Source: Mytilus trossulus
Taxonomy: Eukaryota
Length of the DNA stretch: 64,000 nucleotides
Reading direction: 5' to 3'
Assembly: GCF_036588685.1 (NCBI RefSeq)
Contig: NC_086385.1
Coordinates: forward strand, 26,807,216-26,871,215
Shown here piece after piece: positions 14,457 through 27,727 of this stretch. The notes below the pieces were generated by a model. It saw only the letters and a list, made by a program, of their open reading frames with translations. It ran no database searches and was not told the DNA's origin. A program made the translations under genes and the position numbers. The number at the start of each line of letters is the position of its first letter. The stretch's first letter is position 1.

Positions 14457-15707
14457 TTATGAATATTCATTATTTAGAGGCTTTTTAATGTCATCATCAT
14501 CACCATTGGCGACTGGTTCCAATTCTTTGACATCTTCATTTTTTCGTGTGCTCTGTTTATTTTTGTAAATTTCCCACAGCTCTTTCACAAGGTCGGTAAC
14601 GACTAGATCAGTAGAGTTTTTAGCGATCACTCGCAAAACGAAAACGCCATCGTCACGCATGTAATTTTCTGCGAACTTGGCGCAAAGTTTTTTGTCAAAG
14701 CTTGTATGAAGTAAGTTATTTATTTTCAAGTACTTTTTGCAGTACTGTGTCTTGTTGACGTTCAGCATAACCAGGTAAATCCACATGAACAAATTGTAAA
14801 CAGCCAAAATGGCGATGAAGATCAACCAGAACCAAATAAAGATGAAGATTTTCTCGTTGAAAAGGTTGATGGGTAAAACACACTGTACGGTAAACCTTTG
14901 TACGTTCTGGAGTTGTCTAATCTGGAAATCGCATAGGGTAACTCTAGGAAATCTTGGTGAAGCTCTCCATGGTCTATCGCTGTTTAAATTTTCCAAAAAT
15001 TCAAAACCATAAAAGCTGAATTTAGTTGAAAGGAAAGCGTTTAGGAGAAATATTTGTCCGATTGCATTAAAAACATACAAAACCTTGACGAAAAGGTAAA
15101 GTGCTACTAAATATTTTCCCGCCTTTTTGTTGCAGAAGAAACAGAAATAACGCGAGATCTGTTGTTTTGTTCTATTAATAACATTCCAGTTCCTTTCAAC
15201 GTTTGAGTCTAACCATTTGTCCATAAAATTTGCCAGGGATTTAATTGATTTTTCACGATCATCTGGATTTCCAAGCTGTGACTGCTCTGCAAAATGTACG
15301 ATTTTATCTAAATTAAGTCCAGATCCGCCATTGAAAATTCTCCAAACAACATTCGGAAGTTTGAATAAGAAAGCCATGAAAAGCAAAATCAATGGAACCC
15401 ACTGATAATATGTAATTTCAGCATCTTGACGCTCGGAAATATTTTCCGGAATTTCGTCATACATCGGAACATAGTAGGTATTCTTCACCCAACAATGGTA
15501 CTTCGTATACGCTTCCATCGAGTCTTTGAATTCTGCAGGATGCCAACATTGTATAGGGTCTTTGAAGAACTGACCGGAACTGACAGCAACCGTGAAGATG
15601 ATCAACACAACGGTCGTGTAAACATGCGACATCCGATCAATCCAGTCATCATTCGGCTTCCCTCGAAGCTTCGATATCTTAGGTACAAACCCAAGAAGTT
15701 CAGACAT
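14457..15707 (-). CDS. Innexin (gap junction/hemichannel protein, unc-9-like), 416 aa, single coding exon
   Basis: Innexin signatures DDWIDR, IQCW...YHCW, YYQWVP and FPRVTLCDF...QCVLPINLFNEKIFIFIWFW, plus four hydrophobic segments. The ORF-track extension (15899-15708) reads as intron: a pyrimidine tract and AG acceptor (ttttcttatttcAG) lie 2 nt before the ATG at 15707. Confidence 0.96.
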   Translation of the reverse strand: MSELLGFVPKISKLRGKPNDDWIDRMSHVYTTVVLIIFTVAVSSGQFFKDPIQCWHPAEFKDSMEAYTKYHCWVKNTYYVPMYDEIPENISERQDAEITYYQWVPLILLFMAFLFKLPNVVWRIFNGGSGLNLDKIVHFAEQSQLGNPDDREKSIKSLANFMDKWLDSNVERNWNVINRTKQQISRYFCFFCNKKAGKYLVALYLFVKVLYVFNAIGQIFLLNAFLSTKFSFYGFEFLENLNSDRPWRASPRFPRVTLCDFQIRQLQNVQRFTVQCVLPINLFNEKIFIFIWFWLIFIAILAVYNLFMWIYLVMLNVNKTQYCKKYLKINNLLHTSFDKKLCAKFAENYMRDDGVFVLRVIAKNSTDLVVTDLVKELWEIYKNKQSTRKNEDVKELEPVANGDDDDIKKPLNNEYS

Positions 15708-18700
15708 CTCTGAAATAAGAAAACGAAAATGACTATGAGCAATAAAACACAGGGTATAAATGGGGTTAACCCTGTTAACAGAATAGAAAATGACGTGGAA
15801 CCAACACTGAGTGAAAGGGGAGATAAAGTAATCATTAAAAGACGAAAGCAGGCAAAATAAGGAATAGGGAATAATTGATATGGGCAATAGTACAATCAAT
15901 AGTGAATAATACTAGGCCAAAAAAGGGGAAGCAAAGGCAAAACAGAATATGATACAAAAAGAAAGGACGTCTTGCCAGACCATCATACGTCCATATATCA
16001 ATTGTGTATTCGCTATAAGGGATGCTGTCTTCGGGTTTTTCCAAAAATGGAATGAACAGTAACATGTACATCAACAATAGATCTACATTGATTCTAAACA
16101 GAAATTTTTTTTCGAGACAAATTTTTGGGAATACGTTTAAGAGACAGAGATCGGTCCACACTATAATGATTTCTTGATATTTATTTCAAAATGTCAAATG
16201 TTTTGTTTCGTCGTCAAAATCGACTTTCTGTATTTATCTAATTCAAATGTCAAATGAATATATATGTTACGTAATTTTCACTATTAAAACAAAATGGTCT
16301 GCTAAAAAACACTAGTACATGTATACATAAATGATTGAATATATACATGTTGTAATCTACATTAGGATAATAAATTACTTTTATCAATTGGGTTTCCATG
16401 GAGTTTATCTACATTAAAAATAAAGAGGTATTAGCGTTACAGTTATTGTTTTGTTAAAGGAAATTTAGGAGACATGACAATTAAAAAAGTTAAATGTTAT
16501 CTAACATTTATGTCTCATTGTTTGTATATAGCTTATTTAGCAATTAAAATATAAACAATTTATCAATCTATAGACTTTTGAGGATTATATTATCATGGAC
16601 TGAAAATAAGAGGCTTAAAATGAAAAATTAATAGAGATTAAAACACTTAGGAAAAGACAAACGTTTTAAGATAAACAATAACAAAGGAGGACAGTAGACT
16701 AAATTTTATTTTATTTTAAAGTCACCAAGAAAACAATAAATATTATTAAATAAAAAAGAAGGGAAAAATAAAAGTATAAAGCCTCTCTTAAAAAATAAAT
16801 CTGAATTTAATATAAACTGTGCGTCAATGTTTATAGATATTGACAGCAAGGAACGAATTCTATATAATGCGCAATAGGTCTCCAGTAGAATCTTAATCAA
16901 AACCAGACCCCCCTCTTTGAGTCTTTGGTAACATCATCGGTCAAAGGGAGATAATATTTGAAGTGGAAGGCAATGAACAAATTGCATCACATTTACACTT
17001 AAAATATCACGTATAAAAACGGACAATACAAATTTTGCGAGATAAAACATGGCAAGAATATATATAAATACATGTTTTTAAAAATTTAATTTGCATATAA
17101 ACACCAAAGTATCAAAGGCCTATTCTATTGACTAGCGATATTGGAACTAAAAGAATAAAAAATGCATTTTAAAGTAAAATACATTGTATTTTGCCGTTCA
17201 AATTTGAAATTATCGCTATCGCAAACTTAAATTGAACAAAAAACGCCAAAAGTTTTGTGTTTTGAGTATGATATAAATTGTCCAATTTTCAATGTTCAAT
17301 TAAGACAAATAGACAAAATACTGAATATAAATATGATGTAATTACACATTTACACATACTTTTTATAGATAAATTTACAAATAATAAATGTTAGCAGGAG
17401 GAGTGAGTGATTTTTTTAAACTTTGTTCAACAATGTTGTCACTAAATTTTATCACAAAATTGTTTGGATTGAACTGTAACCACCGAATCGTTGTTTTGAA
17501 CACAAATACCTGATCAAATCTATAGGTACACTTTTCAAAACCCACTTTCAGCAAGTTCATTATTTTAATTTCATATACAATATTAATTTTAACTATAAAT
17601 ATACTGTAACAAACTTACCGTCGAAATTATTTGTGTACTTCTATAAACCACGCATATGTGTACAGATTTGGTGTGTCTCCGATTTGGTGTCAAATGACAC
17701 GGTTCACTGAGCAATCAACAGGTGAAAAAAGGTGTGACCACTCACAGGGGGCCGTAACAATGCCAGTTTTACTTAATAAATATCTAATAATTAGGATAAT
17801 TAGGACACAGTATAATTATGCCTTAGAAAAATTCGAAAATTAGGAAATTATTTGAAAAATTTCATATGCTCGACACAGTCTTTGTCTTTTAATGAATATT
17901 CATGAGCCTTTTGGCAATTTCACCATTTTGACATTTAAATGTGACGTACATGATAAGGTTGTTATGAATAATTATGTATGTTGTAATTTAACATGGTTAT
18001 TGCTTTACCATTTCAACAATGGAATGTGTAATTGTTTGTAAAAGGTTGACTTTTATTTGAATAAAACTTTAAAATGGACGGCAAATGTAAGCTGAAACCA
18101 TTTTGTTAGAATTGAAAACAAATTTTTAGTTACGCAATAAGTGGGCTTGTCCCGTCTATATTGATAACAAACTCGGAAAAAAATGAAACAAAAAAAAGAA
18201 ATAAACTAACATTATAAAAGACAATACTTTTTCTTCTTCACAAAAAACAAATAAGTAGATGAATATTTATAATGAAATTCACATATCTATACTATATATA
18301 TATATATGTTATTCACAATAATCTAACTACAGTAAATAGTACAATGAACAAGTTTGGAACTCTTGTTATATATAGTGATTTCAGAAATAAGTATGATATA
18401 TGTCTCTGGTATAATATATAGCTTCCCCCATATAATATCATTTCCGTTTGATAACATCCCAGATTCAATTTAACATATATAATATAGATTTATATAGTGT
18501 AACAAGTAAGCCCAATTTTGATTTTTTTTTATTATATTATATATATAAAAAAGATTATATCATAAACTTTATTTTGTGCATTTCACTGATAGCAGAAGTC
18601 CATTAGACTGGACTTCTGCTGATAGTTAATCTCAGATCAAAGACCATATAACGCGTTATTTTCCCCACTAAGTTCAACTATAGTGCATAATATAATTTTC

Positions 18701-19634
18701 AAAAACAGTAACAGTTTTCTAGGAAAATAAAGATATTTAAGAAAAAGGAGTTCATTTTCTTGCGGCGTTCCATGACCAATTCTTCCTTGATCTAGGAGCT
18801 TGAAATGACTCACAGATTTAAAAAAAGTGTCGATCCCAGGCAATTTTTGTGTACGAAGGGAGATAAGTCAATCCGAAAATAAAGACATAATCGATTTTTA
18901 CTCCTAATTACGTCCCTTGTAACCTGAAACAAAATTGATATTGATTTATAAATTAATAAAGCTTTTCTCAACACCAACTAACTACATAGGTACAGAGGAA
19001 ATACGTAAACATTACATTAAAACACAAGTATTAACATATATAATATACAAAAAACAAAACAAAAAAAAAAACAAAAAACGATTCAAAATTTACCCATGAG
19101 GATCTCAATCGCTTATTTATTTATAAACGTGCAAAAAATTATGAGATGCTCATATCTGTCCTATTAAACAACCGTGCGAGGGCTTTATAGCCAGTCTTTT
19201 ATATACATTTTGTTTTATTGAATTAATTGTTAAAGGCTTCTTTTTCATGTATTGTATGTTTTTTATGTGTGTATTATGTTTGCATAAAAACCTATCAGGG
19301 TTTTTACTTTTTGCAATAAAGATATTTAAAATATAATTTTTCTTTCTCTCTTCTTTAAAATGTGAACTATTCATAATGTAATGGAATTCATCTCCAAACG
19401 TCTATATATTACATACACTTTCTATTTGTCCTTTTTACAAGACCCATCTTCCAAGTTGATGACAACTCATTTGATTACGTCAAGTATTGCATTTTTGAAT
19501 TTCTTGCATTAATTTAATTTCAACTTTTTTATTTTTGTTATGCATATGAGCATAGAAAGACGCATCTTGAACTTTGTGATACTATAATTTCTTCACTGCT
19601 TCGCTATTCTTCTTTAAAACAGTTTTTATCTACT

Positions 19635-20350
19635 ACTAACCTGGTAATCTGCTAGTTGTTGTAAATAGTCTATTAAGCAAATACAAAATTAACTTACAAG
19701 TTACAAGCTTGCATTGTGCAGTGGCGGATCCAGATTTTTCACAAGTGGGGGCCCACTGACTGTCTAAGAGAGGCCCCGTTCCCGTCACGCTTTAGTGATA
19801 CCTTATACAAAGTATAACCAACCAAAACTTTCCTGTAAAAGAGGGCACGGGATCCCTACCCACTATATCCGCATCTGCTGTTTGTATATCTTATGCAAAT
19901 ATTTTCAAATATATATAAAAGTATATATGAATATTCATTTTAAATTTTTGGCCTTAAAACATAGTGTGTAAAATCTTTGGCCTTTCCCCCCCTGGTAATC
20001 TGCTCAGAAGTTGTTGTCGTGCATATACTATTTAGCAAAACAAACTTAAACGTTACAAGCATCCTCTGAACGTATCTCATATGCAAACAACTTAAATATG
20101 AATATTCATTTTTCAAATTGTGCCTTAACATCTGGAATCAAGTTTTTGTCATTTTTGATTATCCCTGGTAACCGATTTTGTTGTTATACACTTCCTAATC
20201 AGCAAAACAAACTTATCCTTTATTATTCTATTAACTGACAAGTTACAAGCATGCACTGAACGTATCTCATATGCAAATAACTAAAATATGAATATTCATT
20301 ATGCAAGGTTTGCCTTAACTTCTGGAATCAGTTCTTTAGCATTGTCATTC
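19635..20350. repeat. Degenerate ~190-bp tandem repeats overlapping the innexin 2 stop codon and 3' UTR
   Basis: gtatctcatatgcaaa...aaatatgaatattcatt...gccttaa recurs near 19885-19957, 20072-20140 and 20262-20330; ctggtaa...gttgtt...gttacaagc near 19641, 19992 and 20165. Confidence 0.8.
19718..19876. mobile_element. Short MITE-like repeat (cagtggcggatcca family)
   Basis: Imperfect TIR cagtggcggat / atccgcatctg. It interrupts the tandem repeats downstream of innexin 2. Confidence 0.55.
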
Positions 20351-21516
20351 TTCTTGGTATTCTGCTTGTTTTTGTACATCATCCATAGCTCTTTAACAAG
20401 ATCGGAGACTACCATTTCAGTAGAATTCTTTGCCACAAGCCGCAGCATGAATACGCCATCATCACGCATATAATATTCAGCAAACTTTATGCATAGCTTT
20501 TTATCAAAGCTAGTATGAAGCTCATTGTTAATTTTTAAGTACTTTTTGCAGTATTGTATCTTAACGGCTTTAAGCACAGCAATGTAAATCCACACGAAAA
20601 GATTAAAAACTGCCAAAGAAGCAATGAAAATCAACCAAAACCATATAAAAATAAAGATTTTCTCGTTGAAAAGGTTGATTGGTAGGACACATTGTACTGA
20701 GTACCTAAGTTCATTCTGCAGCAACCTAATTTTAAAGTCACAAAGAGTCACCCGGGGAAATCTTGGCGATTCCTTCCATGGATTTTTGCTGTAAAGATTT
20801 TCCAAAAACTCAAAACCATAAAAATTGAATCTGGTAGCGAGGAAAGCGTTTAAGAGAAATAACTGTCCGATGGCGTTTAAGGCGTACAGGACCTTAACAA
20901 AAAGATAGAGGGTTACCAAATATCTTCCCGCCTTTTTGTTACAAAAGAAAAACAGGTATCGCGAGCATTGTTGTTTGGTTCTATTCAAAACACTCCAATT
21001 TGTTTCTTTAGTTGCTTCTAACCATTTGTCAATAAAAACAGCAATAAATTTGATAGTCTCTTTTCGATCTTCTGGTGATCCTAATTGTGACTCCTCGGCA
21101 AGACCAACAATTTTATCTAAATTAAGACCAGATCCACCACTAAATATTCTCCAGACAACATTCGGAAGCTTAAACAGCAACGCCATGAACAGTAATATTA
21201 ATGGAACCCATTGATAATATGTTATTTCAGCGTCTTGGCGAGTTGTGATATCTGGAGGGATTTCATTATACATCGGAACATAATACGTATTTTTAACCCA
21301 ACAGTTATAAGTAGTGTATGATTCCATAGAGCCTTTAAATTCTGCCGGATGCCAACATTGTATCGGATCTTTGAAAAATTGACCGGAACTGACGGCAACC
21401 GTAAAGATGATTAAGATCACTGTTGTATAGACATGTGACATCCGATCAATCCAATCATCATTCGGCTTCCCTCGAAGCTGGGAAAACGAAGGTAAAGTCC
21501 CGAGGAGTTGCGACAT
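20299..21516 (-). CDS. Innexin paralog, 405 aa, single coding exon
   Basis: Same signatures (DDWIDR, IQCW...YNCW, YYQWVP, FPRVTLCDF, QCVLPINLFNEKIF). Colinear with the 14457-15707 protein. The acceptor (ttcttctcgtttcAG) is again 2 nt before the ATG, at 21516. Confidence 0.96.
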   Translation of the reverse strand: MSQLLGTLPSFSQLRGKPNDDWIDRMSHVYTTVILIIFTVAVSSGQFFKDPIQCWHPAEFKGSMESYTTYNCWVKNTYYVPMYNEIPPDITTRQDAEITYYQWVPLILLFMALLFKLPNVVWRIFSGGSGLNLDKIVGLAEESQLGSPEDRKETIKFIAVFIDKWLEATKETNWSVLNRTKQQCSRYLFFFCNKKAGRYLVTLYLFVKVLYALNAIGQLFLLNAFLATRFNFYGFEFLENLYSKNPWKESPRFPRVTLCDFKIRLLQNELRYSVQCVLPINLFNEKIFIFIWFWLIFIASLAVFNLFVWIYIAVLKAVKIQYCKKYLKINNELHTSFDKKLCIKFAEYYMRDDGVFMLRLVAKNSTEMVVSDLVKELWMMYKNKQNTKKNDNAKELIPEVKANLA

Positions 21517-21731
21517 TTCTGAAACGAGAAGAAAACACATTGAAGTTTCACATTTCATATATAGAATCGGGACTTGACATATTAATTGTAGAGACACATA
21601 GTATTGTGGTAGACAGTATGTTACCTTCTAGATGTCGTTTGGCTATTTGTGGCTTTGGGGGTTGCTGTCTCATTGACATTTGCATCACATTACCGTTTAT
21701 GTACTAGTATGCTGTTTAGGAAGACAATACA

Positions 21732-21890
21732 TTGTCTTATCGGGGCCTTTTATAGCTGACTATGCGGTATTGGCTTTGCTCATTGTTGAAGGCCGTAGAT
21801 GGTACGGTGACATATAGTTGTTAATGTTTGTGTCATTTTGGTCTTTTGTGGATAGTTGTCTCATTGGCAATCATACCATATCTTCTTTTT
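21732..21890 (+). repeat. Copy of the same dispersed repeat, in the presumed 5' UTR intron of innexin 2
   Basis: ttgtcttatcggggccttttatagctgactatgcggtat...gttgtctcattggcaatcataccatatcttctttt. Confidence 0.85.
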
Positions 21891-23654
21891 TTACAAAAAA
21901 AATATATATGCGTACCCTTTTGGGACACGTGAGATGACCCGATTTTTGATTAGGTTCGAGTCGCTCAGTCTTTAGTTTTCTACATTATATTTTTAAGCAG
22001 TTTTTTCTTTCGTCTTTCTTATTGCCATGGAATTGTCAATATTTGTTTGAACGTCCATTTTGTATCTTTTGCCTTTTTTTCCCCCAGTTTATCGTCCTAA
22101 ACATGCATTATATATTTGCCACTGAACGCGAAGCAGCTAAGAATCAATCAATATTTTAGTTTAGGGTTAGATAATGGACAGAGTCAGTAATAACTGAAGG
22201 TCAATTCAATGGATAATTTTTAAGGTAGGGCTAGGGTTCAATTTTGGTACGGATTGAGTTTTGTCATCTTTTTGACCGAAATGAGATAAAGACTCCGTGT
22301 TGAAGGCCTTACATTGACCTATAATAGTTTACTTTTATAAATTGTTATTTGGATGGAGAGTTGTCTCATTGGCACTCACACCACATCTTCCTATATCTAA
22401 GCATAGGATAAGGATAAGGGCTAAACAAAATAATTTTACTCAATTGTGACACGGTACCCTCCCACAAGGCAATGTGTATTTAACTATCCGTTGCCTTAAG
22501 ACGTTAAATGAATATGTTTTCTTTGTTTCGTTTACACTCTTATCACATCTTCTTACTTCTTTATAAGCAATAGGAAAAAATATATTTCTTCCACGAAAAT
22601 TCTATTTGGTCCTCGGAATTTCAAATATTCGTTCCCTTATTATGTTTTACTGCCACACCCTAAGCATGTTCTTATATCAAATACTGCAACATGATAACTA
22701 TGGTTTTACATGTACATCTTTACACTTCGAATTTCTAGCTATGCGTGCCAACTTATGTCGGATTTAGTAATCTAGAGTGTCAAATTGATAAATGACGTCC
22801 GTTGCATCGTTCGTACAGTGCATTATATGAAGATACTGCTTTTGTTTTTGCACAAGATTATGCAATAGCTGCAAGTGGTTTGAGTATTGTGTTATTCAAT
22901 TATATTTATCACACAAAAATGCATGATAATTACTAGATGCAATTTTCATAACAATATCTTTGTCTGTACCAATTATTTTTTCTTCAATCAGATAAATATG
23001 ATATTTGTAGTTATTGTTACATAATATGTACAAAACAAATAATCATAAATAATTTTATTTACGACAGCATGCTTCCGGTTACTGATGAAAGACATTCCAA
23101 TGACGGATAAGTACTTTAGGACAAAACTGAGTAAGGAGGAGAAACAATATATATGAACTATTCTGAGTTGAATCTGTATCTGTGCCGAAAATCACAAAAA
23201 CAAACGCAAAATCGAACATTGATATACAAAAACATAGAAGTATACAAACAAATACATAATTTCATTTTGTAATTTCGTGGCTTTTTATAACAGACTATGC
23301 AATATGGGTTTTGCTCATTTTTGAATGCCGTACTTTGACCTATAGATAATAACTTATGTGTCATTTTAGTCACTTGTGGAGAATTGTCTCAATGGCAATT
23401 ATACCACATCTTCTAGTTTTATTGTGTATAGAGTCTGATTTTCCCCGACAGGATACCATTCCCCCTTTGACGAATATTGCTTATATCCCCCTAAAACAAC
23501 AGACATGAAAGCGAAATCTACACGTTCCTTCATAAAGACGTCTATGGAAGATAGGACAGGAAACCTTAAATTTGTTTTTCTTGTGTGTGTCTTTTTTATG
23601 TAAGTGGTATGATGGTATTGTACTTTTTAATTGCATGTTGTACAATGCATTTGA

Positions 23655-23841
23655 TTTGATTGATTGATATTCTATGTTTTAACGTCACGTTTAAGCACCA
23701 CTTCTGGGCTACTAGTATTTCATGACGGCCAGTTTTCATGGATGGAGGTCAGGAAGCTGGAGTGACCGGAAATAACCACCGACATCCGAAAGAAAAACTG
23801 ACAATCCAAGTCAATTAAGATTGGAGTCGAGTGCACCTGCA
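23655..23841 (-). mobile_element. 5'-truncated copy of the same SINE family
   Basis: ggaagctggagtgaccggaaataaccaccgac...gagtcgagtgcacctg matches 12804-12894; (ttga)n tail at about 23655-23667. Confidence 0.6.
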
Positions 23842-24129
23842 CTGATGCCCCACAGTGAATTTAATCCCTTTATGGGTGTAACTAGTTGTTACAGTTATGA
23901 ATTATAGTGTCTTTTTTTCCAAAGTAAAATGTTTCAGTAAGATACTGCGCAGTATTTGTCAGTCACCAGATATTTACTTAAGCGACATCCATTTTCTTTT
24001 TGGAGGGAAGAGGGAGGTATACAGCTTTGATCTATAAAAAAATAGTATGATAACAAAAGAGACAGATTTCCACCATGTTCCAAATAACGTCGAAATAAGC
24101 AACTGTAAATCTATAATTCGAACTCTTAA

Positions 24130-24387
24130 TGTGGTACCTAACACTACAGGGAGATAACTGTGTAAAATCTTCTAAATGTTTTAATTACGTTGTATTTCAA
24201 GTGGAAATAAAGCTGCTCAATGATCAAAATAAGTGTTTATCAAACTGCTTTATAACCACTATAACGGTTGGTTAAAATTTTTTGAATTTTTGATATTTTT
24301 GTCAAAGGGTCAAAGTTAATATCATGTCAAAATTTTATGAAAATTAAACGAGCCAAATTAATTTTAGTAAAAGTGTTGGGTACCACC
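24130..24387. mobile_element. TTAA-flanked MITE (Kolobok-like termini)
   Basis: TTAA|tgtggtacctaacact ... agtgttgggtaccacc|TTAA. A related copy is at 27728-28002. Confidence 0.75.
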
Positions 24388-27107
24388 TTAACAAACGTAT
24401 ACATTATATGCCTTACAATTTGTTATTGAATTGAAATGCTAAATGTCTTAAATATATGAAGATTGTTTTCTATTAAAAATGACATAGTTGATATCAAGTA
24501 ACGTTGGTGCAGATTTTTCCAATATGATTTAAATCTACATTAAGAGCAACTTACCACTGAATAATATTATGAAATTATATTACTTCACTTATTCCGTTAA
24601 AACAAACTTCTTTAACAATGTTTCTATATGTATGATAACAAAAGATGAATTTTTAATATCAAGGGCAAGACAAATAAACATCTGGTAATTAAGAAACCAG
24701 TATGCACGTGCAGTGTCCTATAAATAAACAACTGTCTGCTTAGCGTTTTTACAAAATTATCTCTATTTTTTTATAGGCCAATCATAGACACTGGAACTTT
24801 TCTTTTATGCTGTTGTTCATATGAACAGTTGTACACGACCTGAATGCTGGTTTTGAATTTGATTTTAATTTTGAAAGATGCATCGAATATTTTTCAAATT
24901 CAAAATCAAAATCAAAATTGGTTTATTAACCCAATAAAATGACACAGAAACAGCCATTTGCATCATGTTTAAGTCATATAATAAAACGGACATACTTAAC
25001 TGTTTTAAATAAAACCTTCCCCTTAATATAACACTGATATACTGATTGGTAACGATTGATCTCAACAATTAGAATGGGGAGAGAATCATTTCACCGATAC
25101 CATAGAAAGAGGGATTTCACGTTTTACAATGAATAACATATTATTTGAAATGTAAAATAACATAATCCCCGAACTTCAAAAAATAAAAATTCAATGCCCC
25201 TGTTAATTAATTGCAAAATCAAAATCTCAAACTCATCAAACTCATGAAAAACTACTGTCATATTCTTGACTTGGGACGGACATTTCCCTGTGTTTACATA
25301 TATAAGCAAGTTACGCAACTTATTAACATGTTTGAGAGAATTAGTTGTATACAATATTTACAAAATGTTAAAAAGAAATGATACATTGTTTTTGACATTG
25401 TCCAAATTGAGAATATTTCTTACCTAAAGGATCTTAGATTTGGTAATATTTTAAAGACATTTTCGAGGAACTTTTCCTTTACATTATAATACAATGCAAA
25501 AATGAAAAGACAACGAGCTTCATCTACAAGTATTTGAAAGGATAGAAAGAAAGCTCCCCTCGATTTAAAAGAATTTCTTGGGATGTTCTCCAAGAGTTAC
25601 CGGACTTTAGCAGTAGGATTTTTACACATGTCCCTTTATACCAGCCTTTGTAAAGTGCGTTTGGACCAATTTACCAACAATCTTAATACTATTATTGGCA
25701 TTGTTAAAAGTAAATTCCCTTTCAATTTTAGATATTATATGATTTAACATTTATGATACTGTTACATGAAAAGAATTAAGACAACTGTTATCAATCAACA
25801 AGTCACAAAAATACTGAACTCTGAGGAAAATTCAAAAAAGAAAGTCACTAATCAAATGGCAAAATAAAAAAACCTCAAACACATCCTGCATTTTATATAA
25901 TTTACACAACATTTGGGTAAGGAAAACGGCTTAAGTTATAGAACAGAAAAGAAGAATTCATCTATTTGGCCATGGCCATGCATAACATGTATACAGGGGC
26001 ATAACTGCAGACCGATAGAAGTGACGCCACCAAAATTTGATCTAGATATTTTTTTGATAATAAGCATTGTGCATAAATCTCATAACATTTGGTTTAAGCA
26101 AACTAAGAGAATGAGAACTTATTTAAGACGAATGTACGGACGTACCATACTTATGGATACATGAGATAAGGGCAATACTTTATGCCCCGCCACAAAAGCC
26201 CAAATAATTTAAAAATAACATAGTAGTAGTACAACTATTTTCAGTTGTAAATATATGTGTATTATACCATTCAATGCAATTCAAATACAAAATCAACAAT
26301 ATAAGACACGTAACTTCCCGTAATATAATCTACACACTATCATACATGTGTCAAGAGGAAAAGATTCATAAGTGTTCTGCTAGATTTTAAACTTCATCGT
26401 TACCTGATTGAGATTACTATTTTTAGAATGGGAAACACTTGAAAAGTGGTGTCTTTTTAAATGAAAAGTTAAACATTTGTGTTGAAGGACACATGATTTT
26501 TTTGACAGAATTCACAATCTAGGAGGAAGTTGTTTATAAGCAAGTGAGCAAGTAATGTAATAATATTAGGTATGTATTAAGTACTCGATATATTTGTCGT
26601 CGTAAAAGTAACGAAAGTAGTGTACTAGTATTCATATTTATTTGTTTAAAAGAAATGCGTTTCAAGTGGTCATGGTAGTCTTTTAAATAAATAATGATTG
26701 ATTGAAAATATCCCTTTGGTATCGTATCGTATGAATTCACCATTAATTTTAAGGTGTACTTTATGTAGGATACTGTTTTCGTTGTTACAACTTAATATTA
26801 TACAGTTGTAAGACTTGCTGACCAAATATCGCACTTATTTACATATTTATCACATGTCTTAGTTGCAAATCAGTTGCTTCATGATTGTAAAAACCGAAAT
26901 TTTTGAAATTTTTCTTGTTTAAAAAAAATGAAGTACAGGAAGTATTAATTCGAATCAATAGGGTGAAAACCTGTACAACTATGATAACTTATGAAAACAA
27001 ACATCCGTTTTGATACTTGAGGTCAAAGTGTCAAATGAAATACACACGCTTTATAAATAAAATACATTAAGTTTTTAAGCGACATATACTAGTATTTACA
27101 TAAAATT

Positions 27108-27149
27108 CAATCAATCAATAAATCAATCAATCAATCAATCAATCAATCA
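27108..27149. repeat. (AATC)n microsatellite
   Basis: caatcaatcaataaatcaatcaatcaatcaatcaatcaatcag. Confidence 0.9.
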
Positions 27150-27727
27150 GTTTGTGTTTTATCTATCAGCTCATAGACGTTATTCCGTCATGTGACTGCG
27201 ACGTCATCAACGTTTTCGTGATTTACACTGGCTTGTAATAGAATTTGGAATTGAATTATAAAAATTATTGTAATATTTTTTCTGTCTATTCGAAATAACA
27301 TAAAAAATGTTGTACACACTTTGAAATACAGGTTACACAGGTTATTAAGTATGCACCACATTATTTATGTTATTTCTTCAGACTGAAAAAAATATTACGC
27401 TCATTCCCGGCTTGCATCAATTTATAATAGGTTAAATTTATAGGAGCATGTAAATATATAATGGTTAAAACAGAAAAGCCAGTTTTGAACATTAGCTTCA
27501 GTACATTTACTTCATGAACGACAAATATTTTATTGACGAAGTCCTCAGATGAAACAAACAAAACGACAAAAAAGAAAAAAAACAATACCAAAAAGTATAT
27601 ATACTTTGCTACTTTACAAATCAGTTCTTAATTTGTCAATATTCAATTATGACGTCATAATTTCTTGCTTCGCACCGACTTTGCTAATACGTGGTCAAAC
27701 AAAAAAACCCATACAGTCCCTATTCAA

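Noticed and set aside
14809-15713. Plus-strand ORFs antisense to innexin 1 (and 20936-21214 for innexin 2)
   Set aside because: Shadow frames of the real CDS; their mutual similarity just reflects innexin paralogy.
15708-15899. 64-aa N-terminal extension of innexin 1 in the ORF track
   Set aside because: Not conserved in the paralog and lies upstream of a clear splice acceptor; intronic read-through.
21517-21597. 27-aa N-terminal extension of innexin 2
   Set aside because: Upstream of the conserved acceptor and not conserved in the paralog.
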